Positions 27,496 to 42,098 of a DNA stretch of 64,000 bases are shown in pieces. Position 1 is the first letter of the stretch. Every line of letters begins with the position of its first letter. The position numbers were made by a program, and so were the translations under genes. The notes under the pieces are model-generated. The model made no database searches and was not told where the DNA came from. It worked only from the letters and a program-made list of their open reading frames with translations. Source of the stretch: Octopus vulgaris (Eukaryota); contig OX597820.1 of the NCBI GenBank assembly GCA_951406725.2, positions 103,788,001-103,852,000 of the forward strand, written 5' to 3'.

Positions 27496-29339
27496 ATGCA
27501 TGCATGAATACATGTGTATAAGGATATGGAAGATGAATTGCTGCATGAAAGAAAATAACTTGTGGTATTTAATCCACCGAACTTGCAAGCTGACAAGGGT
27601 AAAATAAATGCCTCACGCAGAAAACTGTAACTCAGCATAGCTGCAGTCCAATGACAAAATCCAGTTTTGTAATAACAAAATAGTCATTCGTCAAGCCCAG
27701 TGATTCTCAGACTGTCACGTACCAATGTCTTCTCTCTAAACATTAGTGAAACTTCCCACCTCCTTTATGAATGAGATGACAAAATAGCTTACACCAATAT
27801 TATTAGTGTTGTTTATTTAGCGCCTTTGGAGCTAATCTACTTCTAATCCCACACCGAGTCTCTTAAAATCCAAATTAATAATCTTGTTCTTTTTTTTACC
27901 TTTTCATGCAAGGCATAATAGGGTGAGGGAATAGTTTATGCTGTCAATTTCATTACTGGACTAGAACTTTATTTTGATTCTGGAGGGATGAAAGGTGAAG
28001 TTGACCTCACAGGGGATTTGAACTCAGAGTGTATAGAGCCAGAACAAATACCATAAAGCAATCTTTGATACTCTAACAATTCTGTCAGTCCTGATTTTAG
28101 CACAAGACCATCAATTTTGAAGGGTGGAGGTGGGTACTCAAGTAATTGATTTCATTTTATTGTCCCTGGGAAGATGAAAGGATTTGAACTCCAAAAGAAG
28201 AAATGCCGCAAGACATTTGTCTGATGCTCTAACAATTCTTCCAGGTCACCACACCTGATGCTAATACATAAACCTTTCTTTTATAGGCATAAGACCTGAA
28301 ATTTTGGGAGAGGGGGCTAGCCAATTACAGCAAAAGCATCTCTGTAAAATTTTAATAAAATGCTTGTGTTATTATTTCTAAATAGTAATGAGAAAGAGAA
28401 GTTGCAGGAATAGAAGGACATCGGGCTGTTGTAATACTGAATGTAATGCAGGAATAGAAGGACATCGGGCTGTTGTAATACTGAATTAAACGTGTTTTGT
28501 ACAGTGCATTTAAAGTAACAAATAAATTTTAAAATACAAAACCCAAAACTATAAGGCATAAATAAGATTTAGTTTTCATCTTGTTGATTTTATGTATTAA
28601 TAATGAAAGAACACTGCAGTTTTAAAACACATTTAGTAAATATATGAATATTTATAATATATTTAGTAAATTTGCGCAGGAGTGGCTGTGTGCTAAGTAG
28701 CTTGCTTACCAACCACGCGGTTCTGGGTTCAGTCCCACTGCGTGGCATCTTGGGCAAGTTTCTTCTGCTATAGCCCCGGGCCGACCAATGCCATGTGAGT
28801 GGATTTGGTAGATGGAAACTGAAAGAAGCCTGTCGTATATATGTATATATATATATATGTGTATATATATATATGTATGTGTGTGTGTTTGTGTGTCTGT
28901 GTTTGTTCCCCTAGCATTGCTTGACAACCGATGTTGGTGTGTTTACGTCCCCGTCACTTAGCAGTTCAGCAAAAAGAGACCGGACCGATAGAATAAGTAC
29001 TGGGCTTACAAAAAGAATAAGTCCCGGAGTCGAGTTGCTCGACTAAAGGCAGTGCTCCAGCATGGCCACAGTCAAATGACTGAAACAAGTAAAAGAGTAA
29101 AAGATAGTTTTAGATTCTATATCAATTTCAACTTGTCATTGTTAGCACTTTTTAGCTAAATTAAATTCAGCTTCCATTGAATATTTTTTCATTTGGCTAA
29201 ACTGCAAATAATTCTTATTTCTTTGCTATGGTGTTTGACAGGTTTAAATATTTGTAAGTGCAATGTACATAACTTAACCCAAAGTAAAATACACCCAGAA
29301 ATAAAACTTATAGTGATATTAGTTTATTGACAAGTACCT

Positions 29340-32300
29340 CAATTCTTAGGCGAATGTTTGTCAAGGCATGTCACTTTCCACTTGTAGATAACTTCTGTAT
29401 TCTGTTGCTACAGTAGAAAAATTCTTTCCCATTCAAATATGTTGAGGAAAAATGAAGGCGGGATTTGCTTTGCTTTCTGTAAGTAGTTTCAGTGCTGTTG
29501 GACAGATACAAATTCACTCCAAAATCTTTGAATATTACAACACTGAAACAACATTTTCAAAACAGCACCTCATATCAATAATTTTTTTCCCCTTAACCCT
29601 TATACTGCAGAAATCAGATATATCAACTCAAATTTTCATTATTTTTAACTGTGAAAATCAGTTTTGTATATGCATCTATCTTTTGTTAAGGAATGTCATG
29701 TTTGAAACTATTTTCTGTTCAGACATGGCAGGTTTACTGAGGCAATGAAACTTGCAGAAAAAACCAGTTCTATTTTCTGGTAAATATTTAGCATCATTAC
29801 TGGAATAGCCATGAAATTTGATTTCCCAGTGAAAAATTTCTTTGACAATGCAAAATTTCTTCAACATCACACATAAACAGATTCCTTAACTAATTGTACT
29901 TTTTATCAGAAAATCTCAGTCAAACCTTTAGATCTTCAAGAAAGGTGCTTCTGGTAATGTCCACAACTTCTGCGCTTCTAAATAAAAGTCTAAAGAGAAG
30001 AAAATGACATCTAATTTCTAACTGATAATTCTGTATAGCCAGTTTCATTCTTGCAAAATGCATGAATTTTTTTCCATTTTGTGGAAACAAATGTGAATGC
30101 TCTCCTTAGAAGAACATGATTAGAGTTCTTCTCTTTATCTAAGATGTCAGTGAGATAAGATAAAAATGACACAAATCTCATTCCAAAAACTAACTAAATC
30201 TGTTTTGTTTTATATATATATAACAAAAAAAAAAACATTAATTTATTACAAAGCTCCAGTATTCTTCAAGGAACCTTTCCATGTGTCAGCCATCTGGTTT
30301 TTTTGTTTTATTTTTTTAGTGGTCTAAGTGTGAGTTTTTGTAAACAATTCCTGTTACATTACATAATTTAAAACCTGATATGTAATAGTTTTCATATTCA
30401 CAAGTAAATCAATATTTATTTCCTTTGATACTAGAACCTGTCAATGAACAATGTAATGCGTTTGCCAAAAAATCATGCTCTTGTAATTATTTGCCTCTGA
30501 CACAAAATCCACTGTGCTTTCCTGTCATGTTAGCAGCACTGTCTGTGCATATTGCATCAATCATATTTGTTATCAACAAGAAAAGTTAGCAACACTTGGA
30601 GAATTTCACTTGGTATTGCTTGCAGCTGCAAGAAAGCAAAGGGGTCTTCCTGGTATTTATTTTCATAAAGATATCAAACATAGGTGCAGTCATGGCTGTG
30701 TCGTAAAAAGTTTGTTTCCCACCCACACAATTCTGGGTTCAGTCCCACTACATGGCACCTTGGGCAGGTATTTTCTACTATAAACCTTGGCCAATCAAAA
30801 CCTTGTGAGTGGATTTGCTAGACTGAAAGAACCCCCATTATGTGTGGGTGTGTGCATGTGTGTGTTTGTCCCTCCCATCACCACTTATTTCTTTATTGCC
30901 CACAAGGGGCTAAACAAGTACAGACAAAGGGATTAATTCAATTACACCGACCCGAGTGCATAACTGGTACTTAATTTATCGACCCCGAAAGGATGAAAGG
31001 CAAAGTCGACCTCAGCAGAATTTGAACTCAGACCATAACAGCAGACGAAATACCACTAAGCATTTCGCCCAGTGTGCTAACGTCTCTGCGAGCTCAACGC
31101 CTTTGCTCCCATCACCACTTGACAACCGATGTTGGTGTGTTTATGTCCCTGTAACTTAGCAGTTTGGCAAAAGAGCCCGATAGAATAAGTACTAGGCTTT
31201 TTTTTAAAAATAGTCTTGGGGTTGATTTATTCAATTAAAACCCTTCAAGGTGATGCCCCAGCATGGCTTCGGTCCAATTACTGAAACATTGAAAAGACAG
31301 AAGATAGCATAACTCTAGTGCTTGACTTGTAATATTGCTATTTTCATTTGACTGTATCCACAAACATACTTCAGTCCTCTAATCTACCAACAAGTTAACT
31401 CAGCAAATCATATGATTCAGAGTTTTATTGGGTCATTAGAAGATGGAATTGATAGCAATTTTAATGCAATATTCCCACCAGCTGAGCAATGGCAATTTCA
31501 TCTGCAATGGGTATGATCAATGCTTCAGTTGTATGTGCTTTCATAACCTTTGCAATCATTTTGAACACAGTGTAGAATGCTTTTGAATAACTTGAAGATT
31601 TTGTAGCACATGAGATTGAATATCTAGTTTTTATTGTTTTTTGTGACAGTTCCCTAGTTTTGAAAAATCCTCTTGCAAGTCTTTAAATTCTTTGTTTGTT
31701 TAGAATATCTTGTTTTTGATAACCCTTTTGATACAACCCAACTCAGACCATTCCTAATTCTATAGCTTCCTATTTTGAAGTAGTCTATATTAAAACGTTC
31801 CTTCAAATTTTCATACCACCTTAATAATGATAAAGTTATTTTACTAAATTTTTCATCATTTTAAAAATTAACTGAGATAAAGATAGTGTAGCTGAACAGA
31901 AATATGGTAACAAAAGGGTTAAATTTTTATTTGATAATTCAACATTACATACAACCATCTGAGAACCATCCGAACGTGGCCGTTGCCAGCACCGCCCCGA
32001 CTGACCTTGTGCCGGTGGCACGTAAAAAGCACCATCCAATCGTGGCCATTGCCAGCCTTGCCTGGCCCCCATGCTGGTGGCATGTAAAAAGCACAATCTG
32101 ATCATGGCCATTTGCCAGCCTCATCTGGCACGTAAAAAGCACCCACTACACTCATGGAGTGGTTAGCGTTACGAAGAGCATCCAGCCATAGAAACATTGC
32201 CAGATCAGACTGGGCCTGGTGCAGCCTTCTGGCTTCCCAGACCCCAGTTGAACCGTCCAACCCATGCTAGCATGAAAAGCGGACGCTAAACGATGATGAT

Positions 32301-32400
32301 GATGATACAACGCACTTCCTTTTGACTCACTGGGGTGGCCACCATATGCAAACACCATATTTTACATATGAAGCTTCATATTGCTCAGTTTTCAGCTGAG
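29340..32400 (-). mobile_element. Fossil hAT (Buster/Charlie-like) transposase broken by SINE insertions
   Basis: Colinear fragments on the minus strand: IAKVMKAHT.EALIIP (~31510-31570), ICTDSAANMTGKHSG (~30505-30555), YLTDI (~30140-30160) and STYL...YRSYLQVESDM (~29365-29450). Confidence 0.65.
31963..32306 (+). mobile_element. Retroposon family E with (GAT)n tail (also ~37985-38355, 46708-47000, 57340-57635 +; 45012-45650 -)
   Basis: Repeated ggtggcacgtaaaaagcacc modules ending in ccaacccatgctagcatggaaagcggacgttaaacgatgatgat. Confidence 0.8.
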
Positions 32401-33596
32401 GTAGAAGTTCTTCTGTATCAGATATCTACTGTATGAATTTATCCATTAGTTTAACTCTAAGCAAATCAAGATGTATTTCTAAATAGATGCAATGGAGGGA
32501 AGATTATTGCTTTCTTAATATTCAAGTAGAATTCTGAATGACATACAAATTTCAATGATTGATATAATGCAAATTTTTGACATTTTACACAAAATATTAT
32601 TTGGAAATATATCATATATACCTACTATACACAGCTACAAAGCCAATAAAAGAACGATCATTGTAATATACAAATCAACAGAATTGGCCTGTAATAAGTT
32701 CAGAGTGTCTGAAGAGCAAGCAGATCACAAAGTCAGCTGTTTTTTATATGATGGAATGGCTGTAGTAATTTGAAGTTTAGAATTGCAACTTTTCTTGTTT
32801 GCAAATTACAAGAAGTGACCTATAATGAAATTTATGTTTATTTCAATGGTTAAAAATTACAGGTCCTTAATTTCTTAGAATTATGATTCTAAAAACAATT
32901 GTTAATTTCATTATATCAAGTAATTTGTTAGTTTCCTCATCAATCTTCACCCACTACCACCACCACTATATAAAAAAAACACTGGTTCAATCCATATGAC
33001 ATTTTACTGTTTTTTGTCTGTAGATATTTTTAAATGTGACTTATCTACTTATACCTGGGCATTGGTATGGATTTTGGATAAACCTGACCTCAGATTTGAT
33101 TCTTCTCTGCATCACCATAGGTTTATGTGCTTTCACATGGGAGCATTTGAACCCTGCACTGTAAGCTGAATCAATTATACAGTACTCCAGCTTCTTATCA
33201 GTTATACTGATGTGTCTTGCTACAATGTTAAGTTCCTCTATGTGTGATAACTGCTTATATAGTTCAGTGGACTGAACTATTTGATAACATACACCTTCAC
33301 TAGGTATACAATCTACTTCTATTGATATAATCCAAATGCTGATTCTCTGAATGTTAATCCAACATCATAGTAGCTCAGCCAATTGCATCCCTAAAACCAT
33401 ATTTTATATTTTGTTATCTTAAGTAAAATAACCTTTATCTCAAAGTATAGAATTTAAAGAGACAGGTAGGTGACAGACAGATTGATTTGGGATAGAGAAG
33501 ACTATTGGTAACTGTGAAATCATGATTTCAAACTTATTGGCTCTCAACAATTATGACATAAGCATTAAGCTGTAGAGTTAATACCTAGATTGGAAC

Positions 33597-33654
<58 letters not shown>

Positions 33655-33786
33655 TCCTCTATTTCTCTCTCATCATGGAAAGACCAATATCTATATCACA
33701 AACTTTATAATATATACATACATACATACATACATAATCTATTTCTCTTTATCATTTACTGAACTCCTGATTTTCGCTTTTCCTAG

Positions 33787-33891
33787 GCAACTGTTGGTTT
33801 GTTGTTTCTGTGTCTTCTGTTGTTGCACATCAGAAAAAGCTTGTGCAAAAGATCATCCCAAGTGGCCAGAGTTTTGATGAGGATTACATAG
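33787..33891 (+). CDS. Calpain exon B with catalytic Cys: (G)NCWFVVSVSSVVAHQKKLVQKIIPSGQSFDEDYI-G
   Basis: tcctag acceptor and gtaagt donor. GNCWF motif, Cys codon at 33792-33794. QSFxxxYxG is typical of calpains. Phase 1-1. Confidence 0.93.
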   Translation, partial: ATVGLLFLCLLLLHIRKSLCKRSSQVARVLMRIT

Positions 33892-34545
33892 GTAAGTATC
33901 AGTATTTGTTTCTTCGCTTGTTTAGGGGGTTTTATCAGGGTGTTTTCATGTTTTTATTACATTGTTAAATAAGTTGAAGGAGAAAAATAAAAGCAGTTGG
34001 ACACCTGATCTCTTGAGATCTGTTCTATATTTCTTTTCTATTGAATGAATCAGAAAGAAAAAAAAACATTACTGCCATTACCACTATCTTCTACAAGCGC
34101 TGGTAATGATGCTGCTACAAGCTATTGAAGTAGTCTCTATAATGTTACTTGTCTCTTGAGAAATAACAGTCAGATCGCCTTCAAATCACACCCTATCCTT
34201 TATAGGAAAAGAAAAAGAGACATTTGATAAGATGATCTAAGACACACTGTAACCAGAAAAAAGAAAAAAAATGTAATTACCATTGCTGGAATACTCTAAT
34301 TCATAGGTCTGCTTAGTCAGGACTGACTGACTAAACTACTGCTGTTGCTACTACTAATGTAAATGATTTTTCAATAAGCTAAGCCCTATAAACTAATAAG
34401 ATATGGCCCAGAGTGTAGTCACGATGACTATGAATATGATGATTGTAAAAATTAGGATTTGTTAGATCAACTTAATACAATAAATCTCTAGGAAAGAACA
34501 ATTTATTGAAAGCAATATGTATCTTCTTGTTGATTTCTTTTGCAG

Positions 34546-34699
34546 GTGCCTTCCATTTCAACTTTTGGCACTATGGAAAATGGACAGAAGTTATAGTTGA
34601 TGATTACTTGCCAACAGTAAATGGCCATTTGATTTATGGAAAGAACAGAGAACAGCCAAATGAATTCTGGAGTCCATTATTAGAGAAAGCTTATGCTAA
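34546..34699 (+). CDS. Calpain exon C: [51 protein letters not shown]
   Basis: Hallmark FHFxFW..G.W..V.VDD.LP and [12 protein letters not shown] motifs; tgcag/gtaagt boundaries. Confidence 0.96.
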
Positions 34700-35554
34700 G
34701 TAAGTATAGTAGCTTTTGTTACTCAGTTATTTACAAGTGCATGAAAAGCCACTCTAAATTAAACACTTGTTAAATATGGCCTTTTAAAAGTATATGACTA
34801 TTTGTATTCATTTAATTTGGATTGGAGAGTTATTAATTATTGAATGATTTCCATGTACCATCATAGTATCTTTTATCTTTTATTTGTTCAGTCACTGGAC
34901 TATAGCCATGTTAGGGTATTGCCTTGAAGGATTTAGTCAAACAAATCTACCTTAAACTTACCCCAGTAGTTTTGTTAATTCTAAGACATATTCTCTCAGT
35001 CTCTTGATCAGTAGTGTCTAACTGTTACATACAACCATTTATGAGAGGGAGAGGACTCCCTTCAGTCCTAAACAACCATGCATTTTCACCTAGAAAGTTA
35101 CCCTTCGAGGCACAATCCTGGGAAAGGTTCTTTATTGAAGACCAGATGTTGCCCATGCATATCAGTCTCCCCTCTCTATGCCATCAATGTTATCCATGGG
35201 AAAGACAAAACCCAAAACAGCTCAGCACCAGTGACGTTGCAACTCATTTCTATAGCTGAGTGAACTGGAGCAACATGAAAATAAAGTGTCTTGCTCAAGA
35301 ATAAAACACACAGCCCAATCCAAGAATCAAACTCACTACCTCATGATTGTGAGCCCAATATTCTAACCTCTGAGTCATACACCTTCATTATGAACAGAAG
35401 GTATATAAGCTTTTGTTATTTTTTAACCAATTCAGTATTACTTTGTGCATGAATAGATCCATCAACAGAACAAAGAAGATAATAAAATGACACTTTTCAA
35501 AATGACTTACAAACACTTGAAAACATTAGGATAATATCAGCTGAAGAAACTTGA

Positions 35555-36135
35555 TGTTCAACTATCGAGCTCGCAACATGTTCAACCATCGAATCTCGCA
35601 ACATGCTCCACCATCGAAGCTCGCTACATGTTCAACCATCAAAGCTCACTACATGTTCGGTCATCACAGCTTGCTACATGTTCAACCATCGCAGCTCACT
35701 ACATGTTCGACCACCGCAGCTCACTACATGTTCGACCATCGAATCTCACTACATGCTCCACCATCGAAGCTCGCTACATGCTCGACCATCGAAGCTCGCT
35801 ACATGTTCGGCCATCGAAGCTCGCTACATGCTCGACCATCGAAGCTTGCTACATATTCGGCCATCGAAGCTCGCTACATGCTCGACCATCATAGCTCGCT
35901 ACATGTTCAACAATCGAAGCTCGCTACATGTTCGACAATCGAAGCCCACTACATGCTCGGCCATCGAAGCTCACTACAAGCTTGACCATCAAAGCTCGCT
36001 AGATGCTCGACAATCGTAGCTCGCTAGATGCTCAGCCATCGAAGCTCACTACATGTTCAGCCATACAAACTCATGTTCAGCCACATGAGAGCATGCTACA
36101 TGTCCAGCCACACAAGCTCACACTACATGTTCAAC
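35555..36135. repeat. 25-bp minisatellite (~23 copies; ccatcgaagctcgctacatg(c/t)tcga)
   Basis: Directly visible tandem periodicity, with diverged edge copies. Confidence 0.92.
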
Positions 36136-36688
36136 TACCAATTGCATGATTTGGGGTTCAGTTCCACTCCACGGTACCTTGGATGAGTGTATTTTACTGT
36201 AACCCAGGGACAACCAATACCTCATATGTAAATTTGATAAATGGAAATTGTGTGGAAGTGTGTGTGTGTAGGGAGGGCACATTGGCCTAATGGTTAGGGT
36301 ATTGCACTCAGAATCATGAGATTGTTGTTTCAATTCCTGAACCCTTCAAGGTGGTACTCCACCATGGCCACAGCCCAAAAATGGCAATAAATGAAAGACA
36401 AAATGAAATTTTCATTTCTCACAGATATTAGCAATGTAAATTCTATTTCTTCCGTTTCTGTTACTATTTCTTCAGTTATGCTAGATCTTTGATACCAGGT
36501 CATCAAGGAATATCAAAGTTTCCTATCCTAAAAGAGAGTTTATATCTCATCTAATTAACACAATAAAATCAGAGTTAACTATTGATCTTTGTGTGTCTTG
36601 ATGCTTAGAAAAATGTCCATATCTGCATTCTATTATACTTCATTGACCTTTGTAGTCAGCTAATACATCTACTCATTTTCCTCTTCAG

Positions 36689-36866
36689 GCTTCAAGGTTG
36701 CTACCAAGCACTGAATGGAGGAAAAATCCAAAGTGCCCTAACTGATCTAACTGGAGGCATCTCAGAATATTATGATTTAGGAGAGAAGATGAAGATTGCA
36801 CCAAATTTGTATGACTTGCTCCTAAACGTCAGGACGATGAATACTTTGATTGGTGCTGCAATTCAT
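36689..36866 (+). CDS. Calpain exon D: LQGCYQALNGGKIQSALTDLTGGISEYYDLGEKMKIAPNLYDLLLNVRTMNTLIGAAIH
   Basis: L.G.Y.AL.GG....AL.DLTGG motif; ttcag/gtgagt boundaries; phase 2-0 fits both neighbours. Confidence 0.95.
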
Positions 36867-37725
36867 GTGAGTTTATAATCAATATATTTCAAGATAATGA
36901 CATTTTGTTTTGATGATTACTTTTCCTTTGTACATAAGTCACATGGAATTTCATCGAGGTAGATTTTTCTACCACTGGATACCCTTTCCGTTGCCAACCC
37001 TCACTTATTTTAAAAGTGAGATGATATTTCTTCATGGCCAGACATGTTTCCATAGAAGTTTGGAAATCAAAGAACACTGCTTGTATGACATTGATGCTCA
37101 TTTACAATCATCACATGATGTCAAGACATGTCAACACAAATACACTCACAATCTCACACACACATATATATATATTCAATCATTTCATGTCCGTTTTCCA
37201 TGCTGGCATGAGTTGGACAGCTTGACAGAATCTGACAAGCTGTAAGGCCGCATTGAGTTTTTGTTTTCTGTGGCTAGATGTCCTTTCCAACACCAGGCAC
37301 TTTACAGAATGTGTACGAGGTACTTTTTACATGCTACTGGTAATAGCAAGATTGCTAAGTTACACAACAGAAAAAAAAAGAGGAAGTAGAAACTCTCCTT
37401 TACCCTTCAGTGACAAAGTGGCAGTTATTAGAAAGTGGGAAGGATGGCTTTATGCCAGGTGCTGAGAGGCTAAAGTATAATTTAGGGATAAGAACAGGCA
37501 CCTTGCTATAGAAGAGATACATGACTATCCCACATTATAAGGGTGAGTGATAGTAACTGGGAAGATGTGATGTGATAAAGTGGAGTATGGTTGAGGGAAG
37601 AACTTCCTGAAGGCATAGAAAGATGTTCAGTGAGAACAGTGCATGGAAAGGAATGGAAGATGAGAGTAAAGGATGGAAGGTTCCAGAGGAAGGAAGGAGT
37701 AACTGATAGTGTGTACACACACATA

Positions 37726-37882
37726 CAGTCATGGCCAAATTTTGGGAACTTTTTTTTTAAATTAAAATTGTTATGCCCAAGTACAATTCAATTCAAATGT
37801 ATACAATATATACGTTTGAGCATTTAATATAAAATAAATTCTAATTTTTCAGACCTATGTTTCAAATTTTTAGCCATGACTG
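37726..37882. mobile_element. Tc1/mariner-type MITE
   Basis: Terminal inverted repeats cagtcatggccaaattttgggaac / gtttcaaatttttagccatgactg, preceded by TA. Confidence 0.65.
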
Positions 37883-38585
37883 AATATATACACACACACA
37901 TACAAATAGGCTGTTTATGTGTGTGTTTATGACTGTTAACTTTTCAGTTTGATAAATAGATATTGATAATAGCTAGTAGGGTGCCAAGAACACCATCCGA
38001 GCGTGATCGTTGCCAGAGCAGCCAACTGGCTTCCATACCCCTTGGCACATAAAAGGGCACCATTCGAGTGTGATCGTTACCAACGTCACCTTACTGGCAC
38101 CTGTGCTGGTGGCACGTGTAAAAAGATTCGAGCGAGGTCATTGCCAGTACCGCCTGACTGGCCCCCGTGCAGGTGGCACGTAAAAAGCACCCACTACACA
38201 CTCCGAGTGGTTGGTGTTAGGAAGGGCATCCATCTGTAGAAACTCTGCCAGATCAAGACTGGAGCCTGCTGCAGCCATCTGGTTGCCAGCTCTCAGTCAA
38301 AACCGTCCAACCCATGCTAGCATGGAAAACGGATTTAAATGATGATGATGATGATATCAATAAGTACCTGGCTGAAATAGAAGGATGAAAGACAATCTAT
38401 GTAGGGTTTTGAATTCTGAATGTATATGATACAACTAAATATAGCACAAGCATGTGATTTTGTTCAATACTCTACAGACTCTAGGAATACCATCTTCCTT
38501 GTAAAGTATAAATTGTTTTATAATATGTAATAGAAATTCGTTCTTGAAGTTTTTAATTAAATTTCTGGTATTTCTTTGATTTCAG

Positions 38586-38675
38586 AGGAAGAATGAAATG
38601 CTGCCACTCAAAGAAACAAAAAGGGAGAATGGCTTATATGAGGGTCATGCATATACAATTACTAAAGTAGCTCAG
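38586..38675 (+). CDS. Calpain exon E with catalytic His: RKNEMLPLKETKRENGLYEGHAYTITKVAQ
   Basis: GL..GHAY motif, His codon at 38646-38648; ttcag/gtcagt boundaries; 90 nt, phase 0-0. Confidence 0.93.
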
Positions 38676-40237
38676 GTCAGTCCGCTAATTATAAATATTT
38701 ATACTACACACACACACACTTATGGTTTTTTCCCCTTCCAAAACCTGCAAACTAAGCAAAACTCTAGGAATACCATCTTCCTTGTACTGTATAAATTGCT
38801 TTATATTATATAACAGAAATTTGTTTCTGAAGTTTTTATTCAAATTTTTTGGTATTTCTTTGTTTTCAGAGGAAGAATGAATTGCAAATTATAAATTTTT
38901 TATACTATACACACACACACACACACGCACGCACATATGGTTCTTTATTCTTCCAAAACCTGCAAAATAAGCAAAATTACTGAACACTTTCCAACCAAAC
39001 CTTGCAACTGCATCAACACACAGATTGTGTGTATACTCTTTTACTTATCTCAGTCATTTGACTGTGGCCATGCTGGAGCACTGCCTTTAGTCGAGCAAAT
39101 CGACCCCAGGACTTATTCTCTGTAAGCCTTGTACTTATTCTATTGGTCTCTTTTGCCAAACTGCTAAGTTACGGGGACGTAAACACACCAGCATCGGTTG
39201 TCAAGCGATTTTGGGGGGACAAACACAGACACACAAACATATACACACACACATACATATATACAAAGCCTTGTGAGTGGATTTGGTAGATGGAAACTGA
39301 AAGAAGCCTGTCGTGTATGTATGTATATATATATATGTAAATGTATGTATGTATGTATATATATATATATATAAATATATGTATGTATGTATGTATATAT
39401 ATATATATATAATGTATGTATGTATGTATGTATATATATATATATATATAAATATATGTATGTATATATATATATACACACACACATACATATACATACT
39501 GATATATAAAAGTGAATTGTATTTATATACAAAGTGGTGACCCTTTACAGGACGCCTTACATGCTAGAGAGGGCAGCCAAACCCAAACTACTTAAAAAAA
39601 GTAATTCCAAAGAGAATGAAAACAACAATTATTTACAGTTAATCCCAAGCTTCTGTATAAAGGAACAAATAAATTAATTTGTCATCTGTACTTCATCAGT
39701 GGGATCGCCGAAGACTACGCATAAATATGTAGCAAATATGTACTGAAATTCCACATTTACTGCATACTTATACATTTGTTTTCAAATCAACCATGCAAGT
39801 GCAGTCATATAGTCAGGAACAAATGATAAAATTGAATACCAAGCTTTGAAATTATGAAAGTTTTACTATATAGGTGCAGGCATGGCTGAACACTCTCCAA
39901 CCACATGGTCCCAGGTTCAGTCCCACTGCATGGCACCTTGAGCAAGTGTCTTTTACTATAGCCTCAGGCTGACCAAAGCCTTGTGAGTGAATTTGGTAGA
40001 AGGAAACTGAGAGAAGCTCATCGTGTATATATGTGTGTGTTCCCCCACCCCCACCATCGCTTGACAATTGATGTTCGTGTTTCATCCCCATAACTTAGCA
40101 ATTCGGCAAAAAAAAATCCAATAGAAAAAGTAGCAGGCTTACAAAGAATAAGTCCTGGGGTGGATTTCTACAATTAAAAGTTGATGCTCCAGCAGGGCCA
40201 CAGTCAAATGACTGAAACAAGTAAAAGAACAAAAGAA

Positions 40238-41040
<803 letters not shown>

Positions 41041-42012
41041 CTTTGTTCTTTACTTGTTTCAGTCATTTGACTGTGACCATGCTGGAGCATCACCTTTTAG
41101 TTGTAGAAATGGAGAGTGTTCAGCCATGCCTGCACCTATATAGTAAAATTTTCATAATTTCAAAGCTTGGTATTCAATTTTATCATTTGTTCCTGACTAT
41201 TTTATTTTTATTTTTTTTATTACTAGTATTGTTGTTATACATACATACAAGCATACATAAAAATAATAATAATAATAATAATAATAATAAGTGGGTGTAA
41301 ACACATGAACAAAATAAGAATAAACAAAAACAAATTACACGAACGTGTATAAACAGAAGATACAAATATTACAGGCATTTCCCCCCCCACACACACACAC
41401 ACTAACTAAACAAAGATGCACATAGAGATATACGCATGCGCAAATGAAGACACGTGCAATAGAAATACAAAATGGCTGACAGTTAGTAAGGAGAGGCACA
41501 AATAAGAAAGAAGAAAGCAAAGGACCATTGATGCGGTCACAGGAGTGTGACCAAAGAACTCTGGCCGAAATAAGATTAAGATTAATGTAATAAATAAATA
41601 ACACTGAAGCAAAGTAACACCAAATATATAGTGTGTGTGTTTTTATTGGCTAAACTGGCAAAATGACCATTCTGAAATACAACAATATATATATACCTGT
41701 AAATGTTTTCGTGTTTGTCCCTTCCCATTACCACTTGATAGCCAGTGTTGGTTTGTTTATGACCTCATAACTTCTTAGCAGTTCAGCAAAAAGAAAGACT
41801 TATAGTATAAATAGCAAGCTTTAAAAAAAATAAGTTCAGGGTTGGTTAACTTGAGTCGACCCTTCAAGGCAGTGCCTCAGCATGGCCACAGTCAAATGAC
41901 CGAAACAAGTAAAAGATAAAAGATTTATATCATGCAAAATATAAAAGAGACATAGGAATCAAACCACACATATTATAGCAGTCAGTTGTAGATTGATATA
42001 CTCTCTTTACAG

Positions 42013-42098
42013 GTGGAATTAAATAAGAAAGTGCATAATTTGCTGCGTCTCAGAAACCCATGGGGAAAGGGTGAATGGAATGGTCCTTGGTCTGATAC
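42013..42098 (+). CDS. Calpain exon F with catalytic Asn: [29 protein letters not shown]
   Basis: [15 protein letters not shown] motif, Asn codon at 42055-42057; ttacag/gtatgt boundaries. Confidence 0.96.

Noticed and set aside
35551-36019. Repetitive ORFs or a CRISPR-like array
   Set aside because: Contiguous 25-bp tandem units with no unique spacers or cas genes, in a eukaryotic intron.
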